A stretch of 64,000 bases of DNA from Candidatus Fimenecus sp. (GCA_045579305.1 JAZNLY010000056.1:29102-93101); one strand, 5' to 3'; shown: positions 1 through 9,026, counted from the stretch's first letter. Made by a program: numbers and translations. The notes: generated from the sequence alone by a model not told the origin.

Positions 1-522
1 ACCCTCTGCGTTAGTCTGACATACACCTCTTGCGACATGACCGTTTTCTGTGAGGGTGTTTTCAATTTTAAAACCTACCATACAGAACTCGTTATCGTTT
101 TTGTTTTCTTTAAGCTCGTTGTAAATAAGTCTGAAGGTCTCTTTGCCATAATAGTCATCGGCATTTATAACTGCAAAGGGTCCGTCAACAATGCCGTCGC
201 AAGAAAGCACAGCATGACCCGTACCCCAGGGCTTTGTCCGGCCTTCGGGCACACTGTAGCCCTCGGGAAGATTGTTTATATCCTGATAAGCATACTCAAC
301 CTTGATTTTGTCTTCATACTTGCCCTGCATATTTTCCTTAAAATCCTCTTCGATTTCGTGCTTTATAACAAAAACAACTTTGTCAAAGCCGGCCTCAATG
401 GCATCGTATACAGAGTAGTCAAGAATAATTTCTCCGTTTGCGCCGATAGGGTCGATCTGCTTTAGACCGCCGTATCTGCTGCCCATACCCGCAGCCATAA
501 TAACTAAAGTGATGTCTTTCAT
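1..522 (-). CDS. Sugar-phosphate nucleotidyltransferase family protein (3' end cut by window edge)
   Basis: Not in the ORF track because it runs off the window. My reverse-complement translation from the ATG at 522 reads MKDITLVIMAAGMGSRYGGLKQIDPIG...PWGTGHAVL...INADDYYG. This carries the G-x-G-x-R nucleotide-binding loop typical of NTP_transferase enzymes. Plus-strand ORF 37..465 is its antisense shadow. Confidence 0.7.
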   Translation of the reverse strand, partial: MKDITLVIMAAGMGSRYGGLKQIDPIGANGEIILDYSVYDAIEAGFDKVVFVIKHEIEEDFKENMQGKYEDKIKVEYAYQDINNLPEGYSVPEGRTKPWGTGHAVLSCDGIVDGPFAVINADDYYGKETFRLIYNELKENKNDNEFCMVGFKIENTLTENGHVARGVCQTNAEG

Positions 523-1203
523 AATACAAACCCCTTGGCATAGTTTTGAATAATTATATCAAAAAAATATACATTATTCAATAAATATCTGATAATGAAA
601 ATCATTTTGTACATTCTTTGCTGTTGTTAAGACTAGATAATAAACCAAGAGTTATTTTTCAGCTTATGAATACACAAAAAATATGGCGCAACATAGAATT
701 TAATCGGTGTTACGCCATAAAATCAGTAAAGATTATAATAACTTTAAAATGTTTCCGTCTTTGAAAATGCTTTTATGTATTCATTTAGCCATAAATAGGC
801 CCATATTTTTCACATGCTCTGTAGTCTGCGCTCTGGCTGTCCTCTGTACCGAATGCAGCCCACGAATGGGGACGGAATATTCTTTCAGCAGGAATATTAT
901 GCATATTTATGGGGATACGAAGCTTGTTTACACAGGAAAAACTAAGAATGTCTGTGCTTTGGAGAACGGAAACTGCCTTCTCAGGTTCAAGGATGACTGC
1001 AAATCAAAGTGTTCACAATCAGGTTGCCAAGATGAAACAGATTCCCGTACCGGAGCTGATTGATTATTATGTCAGTCAGCTCTTTTTTATTTAACGCAAC
1101 ATTATCGCAATAGCTTGCGCCATAGTAAATATAATATTCATATTTTTTATGCATAGAAGCAACATGTGGTTTTTCTTAAAATTCATATATCCCTTTACGA
1201 TTA

Positions 1204-1232
1204 TTGCATTTAGCTTAAAAATGCTGTATAAT
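1204..1232 (+). promoter_or_regulatory. Sigma-A-like promoter for the transporter/LRR/GH18 operon
   Basis: TTGCAT (1204-1209), 17-nt spacer, TATAAT (1227-1232). A GGGGGAG RBS lies upstream of the ATG at 1256. Confidence 0.6.
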
Positions 1233-1255
1233 CTAAAAAGATTGGGGGAGAAAAA

Positions 1256-2950
1256 ATGAATGTTTCAGAAATCATATCAAAAGCAAAAACCGTTCCCGGT
1301 TATGTCAAAAGCCATTGGAACACACCGGGCGAAGGTGAATATCTCACCTTAAAGGAGATGGCGGCTTACACAGCATCTCAGGCAGGTACATATATTTTTA
1401 TGGCTGCTTCAGAAATTATGACTTTTTCAGCTGCGTTCTTCTGCGGAGCTATTATGGAAATTCCCCCCATGGATTTCTATATGATTAACCTTATATCAAC
1501 CGTAATAGGATATATTTTTATGTTTACGAATCCTATCGGGATGCTACTTTATGAAAATCATGGCAGACTTACGCCTAAAATGAAGGTGTTTGCTCATGCA
1601 ACATATCTGGGTCAGCTTTTATTGGGTGCTCTGTGCTACTTTATTCCCACCAACGCCTTTGAGGGTATAATGATTGGTTTGCCTCAGATTATCGGTAACA
1701 TTCTTGTCAGCAGCGGTATCACGGGATATATTACATGGATAATCCGCCGTCTTTTCTGTGCAAAATACGGTAGAGTAAAGCCCTTCATTGTTATTTGTGC
1801 CGTTCCTGCAGCAATTTTCATTTCAATAATTCCGTATCTTCCGGTTTATGATGTTCCCTATGTAACAAAGCTTGTTGTACTTCACCTGGCTTTTACAATG
1901 ATGAACTATTTCTATAACAGCTTCATCGGCGTTAACGGTATGGTTCAATATATGACTCCTAACACCTATGAAAGGCAGAAGCTTTATTCCATAGTACCGA
2001 TTATTACGGGCTTCCCTTCATCAATTATAAAGATGATTTTCCCTATGCTTATAATATCAACAGGCGGATATACAAGTGCACAGACATATAAAGTTTTTGT
2101 GCCCATTTTTGCTTTTATCGGTGCTCTTTTGTCGCTTACGGCTCTTTTTTGTAAAGAGCGCACTATAGAAGAAGATATTGAAAAAAGAAAGAAGGTATCT
2201 TTCTTCAAGGGTGCAAAAAATGCTTTGAAAAACAAATACCTGTGGATGATAAACATATCCAATGTTTTAGGTCAGTGGCAGTGGATGATCAATAATCTTC
2301 TTCAGTGGTGGTTTGTTTATTCACTAAGAGATCAGGCTATTTACGGCATCGCTGTGAACCTTGTTGTTATCGGTATGACACCGGGCAATCTCGGTTGTGT
2401 TTGGCTTGTGAAAAAATTTGAGAAAAAGAACATCCTCATTGTTTCCAGAATTGTTTCTGTTATTTTTGTTCTCGGAATGCTTCTTGCGATCAAGACAGAG
2501 AGCATTTGGATTTATCTTATTTGTCTCTTCCTCAGAAACACAATTCAGCCCATTGATTCGGGAGTTACACAAGGTCTCGGAGCTGACGTGCAAATTTATC
2601 ATCAGTGGAAATACGGCGAGAGATGCGACTCGGTTTCAGGTGTTTTTTCCTGGCTTACAAATCCGCTTAACCTCGCTTTGGGTTATCTTGCTCCATGGGT
2701 TCTTGAAAAAGCAGGCTATGCAGCTGACTGGAATATATTTTATGATACAGAAATATTCAATAAGGTTTGCGGTATACATATATGGTTTAATGTTGCAAGT
2801 CTTTTGCTTTGCACAATTCCGTTTTTCTTCTATGATCTGACAAAAGAAAAGTATAATATGTGTGTTGACGAATTACAAAAGCGACTTGAAGAATCCGAAA
2901 ACAGTGATACTTCGGAAAAAGAAACAGAAAATGTGGAGGTGGCACAATGA
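1256..2950 (+). CDS. GPH/MFS-type sugar:cation symporter-like membrane protein
   Basis: 564-aa polytopic ORF. GPH-like loop motifs AKYGRVKPF and YHQWKYGERCDSVSG are present. Its stop overlaps the next ATG (ATGA at 2947). Confidence 0.65.
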   Translation: MNVSEIISKAKTVPGYVKSHWNTPGEGEYLTLKEMAAYTASQAGTYIFMAASEIMTFSAAFFCGAIMEIPPMDFYMINLISTVIGYIFMFTNPIGMLLYENHGRLTPKMKVFAHATYLGQLLLGALCYFIPTNAFEGIMIGLPQIIGNILVSSGITGYITWIIRRLFCAKYGRVKPFIVICAVPAAIFISIIPYLPVYDVPYVTKLVVLHLAFTMMNYFYNSFIGVNGMVQYMTPNTYERQKLYSIVPIITGFPSSIIKMIFPMLIISTGGYTSAQTYKVFVPIFAFIGALLSLTALFCKERTIEEDIEKRKKVSFFKGAKNALKNKYLWMINISNVLGQWQWMINNLLQWWFVYSLRDQAIYGIAVNLVVIGMTPGNLGCVWLVKKFEKKNILIVSRIVSVIFVLGMLLAIKTESIWIYLICLFLRNTIQPIDSGVTQGLGADVQIYHQWKYGERCDSVSGVFSWLTNPLNLALGYLAPWVLEKAGYAADWNIFYDTEIFNKVCGIHIWFNVASLLLCTIPFFFYDLTKEKYNMCVDELQKRLEESENSDTSEKETENVEVAQ

Positions 2951-3804
2951 AAAGAATAATAACTGTTTTACTTCTTACATTGGTTTTATGCTTTAGCTTT
3001 TCTGCCTGCGGTAAAGTCGACCTCGATACCCTTTTTGTCGGTAACACAGACATTACATATTCGATTGAAAACGGTGAAGCAACCGTAATAAAAGTACCCA
3101 ACAAAACGATCGTAACCAAAATAGTTATCCCTGATGAATATGATGGTGTACCCGTAACAAAGATTGCAGATTTTTCTGCCACAAACCTTGAATATGTAAC
3201 AGAGATTACAATAGGTAAAAATGTCAAAGAGATTTCAGACTGGGCTTTCGGCAACAGTAAAAAAGTGACAAAAATAGAAGTTGACGATAACAACCCCTAT
3301 ATATGCGATATCGACGGTGTTGTTTACACCAAGGATATGAAAACGGTTCTTTTCTACCCTCCGCAAAGAGGCGTGGTTACCGATAAGGATGAAAACGGTA
3401 ACGAAATTAAATCTGTTTCTTATGAAATCCCTGAAGGTGTAGAGACAATTCGCTCCAAGGCATTTTATAAGTGTTCGGACCTTAAGGAAATTAAGCTTCC
3501 TTCTACTCTTAAAACAATAGAAGAAAAAGCCTTCTTTTTATGCGACCTCAAAGAAATCATTTTACCTGACGGGCTTGAAGCAATCGGAAAGGATGCCTTT
3601 GGTTTTTGTTCATCGCTGAAGGAAGTTACTGTTCCGGCAAGTGTAACAAGAATTGACGAATATGCTTTTTACAGTTGTACATCATTGCTTAAGGTCAATA
3701 TGTCAGGTAATGAAAGTGATATTACTCTCGGCAAAAAGTGGTATCCCACTAATAACGGTGCTTCACTTGGCGATGAGCTTGTTATAAATTGGGAAAACAA
3801 ATAA
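2947..3804 (+). CDS. Leucine-rich-repeat (BspA-type) surface lipoprotein
   Basis: Signal peptide with lipobox (LVLCFSFSAC-G). Repeated ~23-aa units of the form I-x-IP-x-V-x-I-x-x-x-AF-x-x-C-x-x-L. Confidence 0.7.
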   Translation: MKRIITVLLLTLVLCFSFSACGKVDLDTLFVGNTDITYSIENGEATVIKVPNKTIVTKIVIPDEYDGVPVTKIADFSATNLEYVTEITIGKNVKEISDWAFGNSKKVTKIEVDDNNPYICDIDGVVYTKDMKTVLFYPPQRGVVTDKDENGNEIKSVSYEIPEGVETIRSKAFYKCSDLKEIKLPSTLKTIEEKAFFLCDLKEIILPDGLEAIGKDAFGFCSSLKEVTVPASVTRIDEYAFYSCTSLLKVNMSGNESDITLGKKWYPTNNGASLGDELVINWENK

Positions 3805-3819
3805 ACAGGAGATAAAATT

Positions 3820-4833
3820 ATGGCTTCAATTATTCAGATAATACTCCGTTTTTTCACCTCCGTTATTGCTTTTTTTACCCGTCCCTTCAGATTTGAAGGT
3901 AAAGTGGATAATTTCAAAGTAACATCCTATATAAGAGGTGACAGCGTTCATTCTGCAGCCGACCTTAACTCAGAGGATTTCGACATTATAACAGATCTTA
4001 TCATTTTCGAGTGTGCCACCTTCAACAGTAAAGGCGAGGTCGAATATGACGAAGCAAAAATAGAAAGAGTTATGTCTGCAGTCCGCACTGTCATCGGTGA
4101 CAGAGATATTCACATTACGCTCAATCTGCTCGGCCCTCGGGGCAACACGGATTCAGATGAATGGAAGAAGCAGATGAGGGTACAGAGTACAGAGCACAAC
4201 AAAGCCTTTAAAAGTGGAGTTCTTGAAAAAAATATTCTTGTAGTCCTTGAAAAATATGACTTTGACGGAGTTCACTTTGACTACGAATACCCGATTACAA
4301 GTGATGCGTGGCATTATTTTAACAAATTTTTTGTTTCACTCAGATCATATCTGCGTGATGAATATACCCTCGGTGTAGCACTCAGCGCATGGAATGTTTC
4401 CTTAACTTCCGGAGCCGTTTCAGTTATTGACACACTTGAACTTATGACCTACGATTATGTTGATTCAGACGGAAAGCACGCAACCTACGAGGATACTGTC
4501 ACTCAGATTAAGAAGCTTAAGTATAAAGGAGTTCCTAAAGACAAAATAAATATCGGCCTTCCTTTCTATTCAAGACCAAGAGATATGTCACCTTATTGGT
4601 ACGACTTTATTGACTGTTATGATAAAATGAACAGGAACGGCTGGTATCATTGCGATGAAATAAACAAGGATTGCTGGTTCAACACCTCTGAGGTTATCAG
4701 TCAGAAAACCGAGTATGCCATCAATAACGGTTTTGGCGGTGTTATGATATGGCATTACAGCTGCGATCTTCTGTTAAGCCACGAGGATTCGCTCCTCAGA
4801 GCAATCGGTGAAACAGTTGATAAGCATTATTGA
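3820..4833 (+). CDS. Glycoside hydrolase family 18 (chitinase / endo-beta-N-acetylglucosaminidase-like)
   Basis: FDGVHFDYEYP matches the GH18 DxxDxDxE catalytic motif. A GGVMIWHYSCD-type C-terminal motif is present. N-terminal hydrophobic anchor. Confidence 0.75.
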   Translation: MASIIQIILRFFTSVIAFFTRPFRFEGKVDNFKVTSYIRGDSVHSAADLNSEDFDIITDLIIFECATFNSKGEVEYDEAKIERVMSAVRTVIGDRDIHITLNLLGPRGNTDSDEWKKQMRVQSTEHNKAFKSGVLEKNILVVLEKYDFDGVHFDYEYPITSDAWHYFNKFFVSLRSYLRDEYTLGVALSAWNVSLTSGAVSVIDTLELMTYDYVDSDGKHATYEDTVTQIKKLKYKGVPKDKINIGLPFYSRPRDMSPYWYDFIDCYDKMNRNGWYHCDEINKDCWFNTSEVISQKTEYAINNGFGGVMIWHYSCDLLLSHEDSLLRAIGETVDKHY

Positions 4834-4840
4834 TTAAACG

Positions 4841-4873
4841 GCCTCACATTGTGAAAGCAGTGTGAGGCTTTTA
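4841..4873 (+). terminator. Rho-independent terminator of the GH18 operon
   Basis: Stem GCCTCACA (4841-4848) pairs with TGTGAGGC (4861-4868), followed by TTTT. Confidence 0.7.
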
Positions 4874-4989
4874 CGAAGGATTAAAGTTATTAAATAAGGC
4901 TGGTGTTTCGGCAATAACTCATATCCGACAAATGGTGCAGAGGTTGAAAGGATATAATTGTTACCCCTTCCGAATGACAGCTTGAGTTT

Positions 4990-6227
4990 ATGAAGCTTGA
5001 AAACTATAATTTCATTCACTTAGGTATATATACAACGACCAACCGTGAGCGGGGGTGACGGAAACAGAGATATTTCCCGCTTAAACTTGAAAATGCTTCA
5101 CTCTGAACAACGGTGCAGCGTGCTTAAAGCAACAGACTGCAAGGATGCAATAATTACTGCCAAGCATCACGACGAATTTTGTCTTTTCGACACAAAACAT
5201 ACCGACCACAATGTTATGAATACACCTTCCGGTAAAGATATTGTGAAAATGCTTTCAGAAAGCTGAAAAAAGTGCGGACTCAGGTTCGGAGTTTATCTTC
5301 CTCCTTAGGACAGACATAAAAAACTACGGCGATTATTCTGCTTCTGGTTTGACGAAGCCTGCGACAAAGGAAAAAACATCAAAAAACAGGTTTATGATTG
5401 GGAGAGATATTATTCCGTTATCAGAAAGCATCACCCTTACGCAGTAATTTCTGCCTGTGGCCCGGTAGGCAACGAGGACGGCAGAGTAAGGAAAAGCGTA
5501 TGGAGTGTAATTCCCGGCGAAAAGGACAGTACCGATGCGATTGCCGGAATTTCGCAGACCGCCGAAAACCAAATAAAGCTTATGGCTGAAAAACTGATCG
5601 ATACTACCGAAGATCTTGGTTCAAGAGAGGGACTGAGAGACTATGAGAATCTTGTCTTCAAACCTGAAGAACTGATGTTTCAATAAACCTCAGGTGGTTC
5701 TGTCACAACAACCTGTATTACCTTTTAAAAAAGCAAATAACTGCCGAGGACCTTGCAAAAATATATTTTGCCTCTGTTGGCGGCAACGCTTCAATGCTTC
5801 TAAACGGTCTTATAGATAACCGTGAAATTAAAACTCTAAGAAAATTCAAAGAGCTTTTCACTGAACCTTTGAAAAAGAGAAAAAACAAAAAGCTTACCGC
5901 ATACTCTCTAGAGAAAAAACACGTGAGATAGTTGAAGACAGTCTTTATCTTACTGAGGGTGAATCAGGTGTTGTCGTTAATCTTTCACCAAAAAGACAAG
6001 TAAAGCTTATTACTCTTTCGAAAGAACTGACACATAGTCAGCATATTGAGTAATTTAAGGTTTATGCCGAAAAAGAAGGCTCAAGCTATGAGCTCATTTA
6101 CACGGGTACTGTTGTAGGGACAAAGAAAATAATGAAGCTTGATTCTCCCGTATCAACAGACAGAACGGTTATCGTTGTTACACGGTCAAGGTCAAATCTC
6201 GTGCTTAAGGATATAAAAATATACTAA
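4990..6227 (+). pseudogene. Decayed GH29 alpha-L-fucosidase gene
   Basis: Translated pieces in order:
- MKLENYNFIHLGIYTTTNRE (frameshift)
- GDGNRDIS...ITAKHHDEFCLFDTKHTDHNVMN...KDIVKMLSES
- in-frame TGA at 5264
- KKCGLRFGVYLPP, then in-frame TAG at 5306 where GH29 has the W of SPWDRH
- WFDEAC...YDWERYYSVIRKHHPYAVISACGP-GNEDG...WSVIP
- further frameshifts
- ASVGGNASMLLNG, then a C-terminal beta-sandwich-like stretch ending 6227. Confidence 0.7.
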
Positions 6228-6406
6228 TAAATAATACCACTTTTTTTCGTAGTTCTACCATACATAGAAATCACCGAGGAACAAAGTTGGTATTTTCTAT
6301 GTGTTTGAGTCAGGGAACTGAGCGTTTACTGTGTTTGTGCATCTGAAGTTAGCAAACGAAAATTAAAGACAAGGCTACCATATGTCAGCTTTGTATTCTT
6401 TATCTA

Positions 6407-6609
6407 TTATGCATATATCAACTCTGTACAGACAATCTCTCCAGCCTGTTTCTGAATGTTGCCCATTTTTTGTACCCATTCCCATTGATTATGTTCTTTT
6501 AAATATTCGGTTATGCCTTCAATTTCTTTTTGAGCTTCGGCGTAATTTCGGTTGTAAGCTCTTGTGGCTCAATATTTCCGTAGTAGAAAGCTTCAATAAA
6601 GTCTGACAT
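6407..6609 (-). pseudogene. Frameshifted mobile-element gene remnant (DUF6809-like N-terminus, TnpV-like C-terminus)
   Basis: ATG at 6609 with an AAGGAG RBS gives MSDFIEAFYYGNIEPQELTTEITPKLKKKLKA-stop. A second frame continues ...EIEGITEYLKEHNQWEWVQKMGNIQKQAGEIVCTELIYA-stop. This resembles the C-terminus of transposon protein TnpV as I remember it. Confidence 0.4.
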
Positions 6610-6620
6610 AAAATCACTCC

Positions 6621-6776
6621 TTACTTTTCAGATTTGTCAATGATTTTTACGAGCAGTTCATCAACATATTCAGTTGGTAAACCTTCTTCCAAAAGCATAT
6701 TACGGAACTCATTCATACCATTGACAAGCAAATCGCACTCAAAATCGCTAAAATTGTTTTTCACTTTTTTTCTCAT
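6621..6776 (-). CDS. Small hypothetical protein (51 aa), probably mobile-element derived
   Basis: Below the ORF-track size cutoff. The ATG at 6776 is preceded by AAGGAGG. Translation: MRKKVKNNFSDFECDLLVNGMNEFRNMLLEEGLPTEYVDELLVKIIDKSEK. Confidence 0.45.
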   Translation of the reverse strand: MRKKVKNNFSDFECDLLVNGMNEFRNMLLEEGLPTEYVDELLVKIIDKSEK

Positions 6777-6852
6777 AAAGATACCTCCTTGTATTTGGTA
6801 GCTTCATTTTACTTCATTAAGAAAAATCAATCCAATGTGCCGATTTAAGGCA

Positions 6853-6898
6853 TAAAAAAAGAGACTGCTTTCAGAAATCAATCTGATAACAGTCTCTT
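6853..6898 (-). terminator. Rho-independent terminator downstream of lysS
   Basis: Stems AAGAGACTG (6859-6867) and CAGTCTCTT (6890-6898). The A-run at 6854-6860 gives a U-run on the minus-strand transcript. Confidence 0.7.
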
Positions 6899-6916
6899 AT
6901 GTTTTTTAGTCTTTTG

Positions 6917-6995
6917 CTTACATCAAAAATTTAAAGAAATGATTTCTTTGCACACATTCTGCATCAATTGATGTAAGTTTGATGTAAGATGTAAG
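6917..6995. repeat. Short repeat cluster in the lysS 3' region
   Basis: Three tandem GATGTAAG-type copies lie between 6968 and 6995 (TTGATGTAAG, TTTGATGTAAG, ATGTAAG). An inverted copy CTTACATCAA is at 6917-6926. The 12-nt palindrome CATCAATTGATG is embedded. Confidence 0.6.
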
Positions 6996-7054
6996 TTTTT
7001 CCGAATTGGCAATCAATCAAAGCCCTTGATATTGCGTGGTTTTTGAGGTGTTTA

Positions 7055-8557
7055 TTAATCAAGTGGTTTCATTGTGGGGAAGAGAATAACGTCACGGATT
7101 GCCTGACTATCTGTAAGAAGCATTGTCATACGGTCGATACCGAAACCGATACCGCCTGTTGGTGGCATACCGAGTTCAAGAGCATAGAGGAAATCCTCAT
7201 CAGTTGTATTAGCTTCTTCGTCACCGAGAGCAAGAAGCTCTTCCTGTGCCTTGAATCTTTCTCTCTGGTCAATTGGGTCATTAAGCTCTGAATAAGCATT
7301 TGCCATTTCCCAACCATTCATAAAGAACTCAAAACGTTCAACATAGTTAGGGTCTTCCGGCTTTTTCTTTGTAAGTGGAGAAATTTCAATAGGATGGTCC
7401 ATAACAAATGTTGGCTGAACAAGATGGTCCTCAACGAATTCTTCAAAGAAGAGATTAAGGATGTCACCCTTCTTATGGTGCTTTTCAAACTCAACATGGT
7501 GCTCTTTTGCAACTGCATGAGCTTCTTCATCACTATTGATTTCATTAAAGTCAACACCTGAATACTTTTTAACTGCATCGAGCATTGTGATTCTCACAAA
7601 TGGCTTGCCCAAATCCATTTCAATTCCGTTGAATGTGATTGTAGTTGTACCGAGAACCTCCTGAGCTACATAACGGTAAAGATTTTCTGTCAAATCCATC
7701 ATACCGTGATAGTCAGTATATGCCTGATAAAGTTCCATAAGTGTAAATTCAGGATTATGACGAGTGTCAACGCCTTCGTTACGGAAAACACGACCGATTT
7801 CGTAAACTCTTTCCATACCACCAACGATAAGACGCTTTAAGTAAAGTTCAAGAGAAATACGAAGCTTGATATCTGTATCAAGTGCATTGAAGTGAGTTTC
7901 AAATGGTCTTGCGGCTGCACCACCTGCATTGTAAACAAGCATTGGTGTTTCAACTTCCATAAAACCTTCACCATCAAGATATTTACGAACTGCGCTTATA
8001 ATCTTTGAACGGTTAATAAGCGTCTGTTTTGATTCCTGATTCATAATAAGGTCAATATAACGCTGACGATATCTCATATCAGTGTTTGTAAGACCATGGA
8101 ATTTTTCAGGAAGAATCTGCAAACTCTTTGAAAGAAGAGTCACAGCAGTTGCGTGGATTGAAATCTCACCTGTTTTTGTTCTGAAAACTTCACCCTCGAT
8201 ACCGATAATGTCACCGATGTCAAGTTTCTTGAAACCTTTATATTCTTCTTCACCGATGCTGTCACGAGCAACATAGGACTGGATATTGCCCTTCAAATCC
8301 TGAATATTACAGAATGATGCTTTACCCATAACACGCTTTGACATCATACGACCTGCAACACGAACTGTTTTGCCCTCAAGTTCATCAAAGTTTTCCTTAA
8401 TATCAGCACTGTGATGTGTCTGGTCATACTTTGTGATGACAAATGGGTCCTTACCCTCTTCCTGTAATGCCTTGAGCTTTTCCTGACGGATTCTCTGCTG
8501 CTCACCTAAATCAAGTTCAGGCTGATTCTGCTTAATATTTTCTGCCATTTCCTTCAC
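7055..8557 (-). CDS. lysS: Lysine--tRNA ligase (class II)
   Basis: 500-aa ORF with an OB-fold N-domain and class II motifs (FRNEG, GGIGFGIDR). Confidence 0.97.
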   Translation of the reverse strand: MKEMAENIKQNQPELDLGEQQRIRQEKLKALQEEGKDPFVITKYDQTHHSADIKENFDELEGKTVRVAGRMMSKRVMGKASFCNIQDLKGNIQSYVARDSIGEEEYKGFKKLDIGDIIGIEGEVFRTKTGEISIHATAVTLLSKSLQILPEKFHGLTNTDMRYRQRYIDLIMNQESKQTLINRSKIISAVRKYLDGEGFMEVETPMLVYNAGGAAARPFETHFNALDTDIKLRISLELYLKRLIVGGMERVYEIGRVFRNEGVDTRHNPEFTLMELYQAYTDYHGMMDLTENLYRYVAQEVLGTTTITFNGIEMDLGKPFVRITMLDAVKKYSGVDFNEINSDEEAHAVAKEHHVEFEKHHKKGDILNLFFEEFVEDHLVQPTFVMDHPIEISPLTKKKPEDPNYVERFEFFMNGWEMANAYSELNDPIDQRERFKAQEELLALGDEEANTTDEDFLYALELGMPPTGGIGFGIDRMTMLLTDSQAIRDVILFPTMKPLD

Positions 8558-8558
8558 C

Positions 8559-9026
8559 TTATCTTGTGATTTCTACAATCTTGAATTCAAGAGTACCATT
8601 TGGTACTTCAATAGTAACTTTATCACCCTTTTTGTGACCGATAAGAGCCTTGCCAACCGGTGATTCGTCTGAAATCTTACCAACTGCAGGGTCTGCCTGA
8701 GCAAAACCTACGATTGTGTAAGTGTATGTCTTTTTCTTTTTATCTGTAAGCTTTACTGTTGAACCGATGTGAACATTCTCGTTACTGAGAGCATCAACGT
8801 CAAGAACCTTTGCAGTTTTGAGAATATGTTCGATTTCACTGATTCTTGCTTCGAGTTTAGCCTGGTCGTTCATAGCTTCGTCATATTCACTGTTTTCTGA
8901 CAAGTCACCAAAGCTCTTTGCAAGTTTGATTTTTTCAGCAGCTTCTTTTCTACCTTCAACCTTTAATTGTTCAAGCTCAGCCTCAAGTTCCTTAAGACCT
9001 TCTATTGTAAGTATTGTTTCTGCCAT
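8559..9026 (-). CDS. greA: Transcription elongation factor GreA
   Basis: 155 aa. Coiled-coil N-terminus with the DLSENSEYD acidic tip, followed by a GreA C-domain. Confidence 0.95.
   Translation of the reverse strand: MAETILTIEGLKELEAELEQLKVEGRKEAAEKIKLAKSFGDLSENSEYDEAMNDQAKLEARISEIEHILKTAKVLDVDALSNENVHIGSTVKLTDKKKKTYTYTIVGFAQADPAVGKISDESPVGKALIGHKKGDKVTIEVPNGTLEFKIVEITR

Noticed and set aside
37-465. 142-aa plus-strand ORF at the window start
   Set aside because: It is the antisense shadow of the clearly recognisable minus-strand nucleotidyltransferase (MKDITLVIMAAGMGSRYGG...). Its sequence is hydrophobic, low-information and motif-free.
707-1094. Plus-strand ORFs 707..1063 and 909..1094
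   Set aside because: They overlap each other, have no RBS, a Cys/Ser-rich odd composition and no recognisable motif. They lie in a region that looks like decayed sequence.
5264-5308. In-frame TGA and TAG inside the fucosidase frame as possible recoding (Sec/Pyl or read-through)
   Set aside because: The TAG replaces a conserved Trp codon (TGG to TAG). The gene also has several frameshifts and a deletion, and I see no SECIS- or PYLIS-like context. Pseudogenisation is the simpler explanation.
5333-5589. ORFs 5333..5572 (-) and 5398..5589 (+)
   Set aside because: Both lie inside the GH29 pseudogene in non-homologous frames, so they are by-products of the decayed gene.
6382-6606. 74-aa plus-strand ORF
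   Set aside because: It is antisense to the RBS-preceded minus-strand remnant with DUF6809/TnpV-like sequence. It has no RBS and an odd composition.
6968-6995. GATGTAAG tandem repeats as a possible CRISPR or iteron array
   Set aside because: The units are only 7-11 nt with no spacers and no cas genes. They are far too short and too few for CRISPR, so they are kept only as a short-repeat observation.
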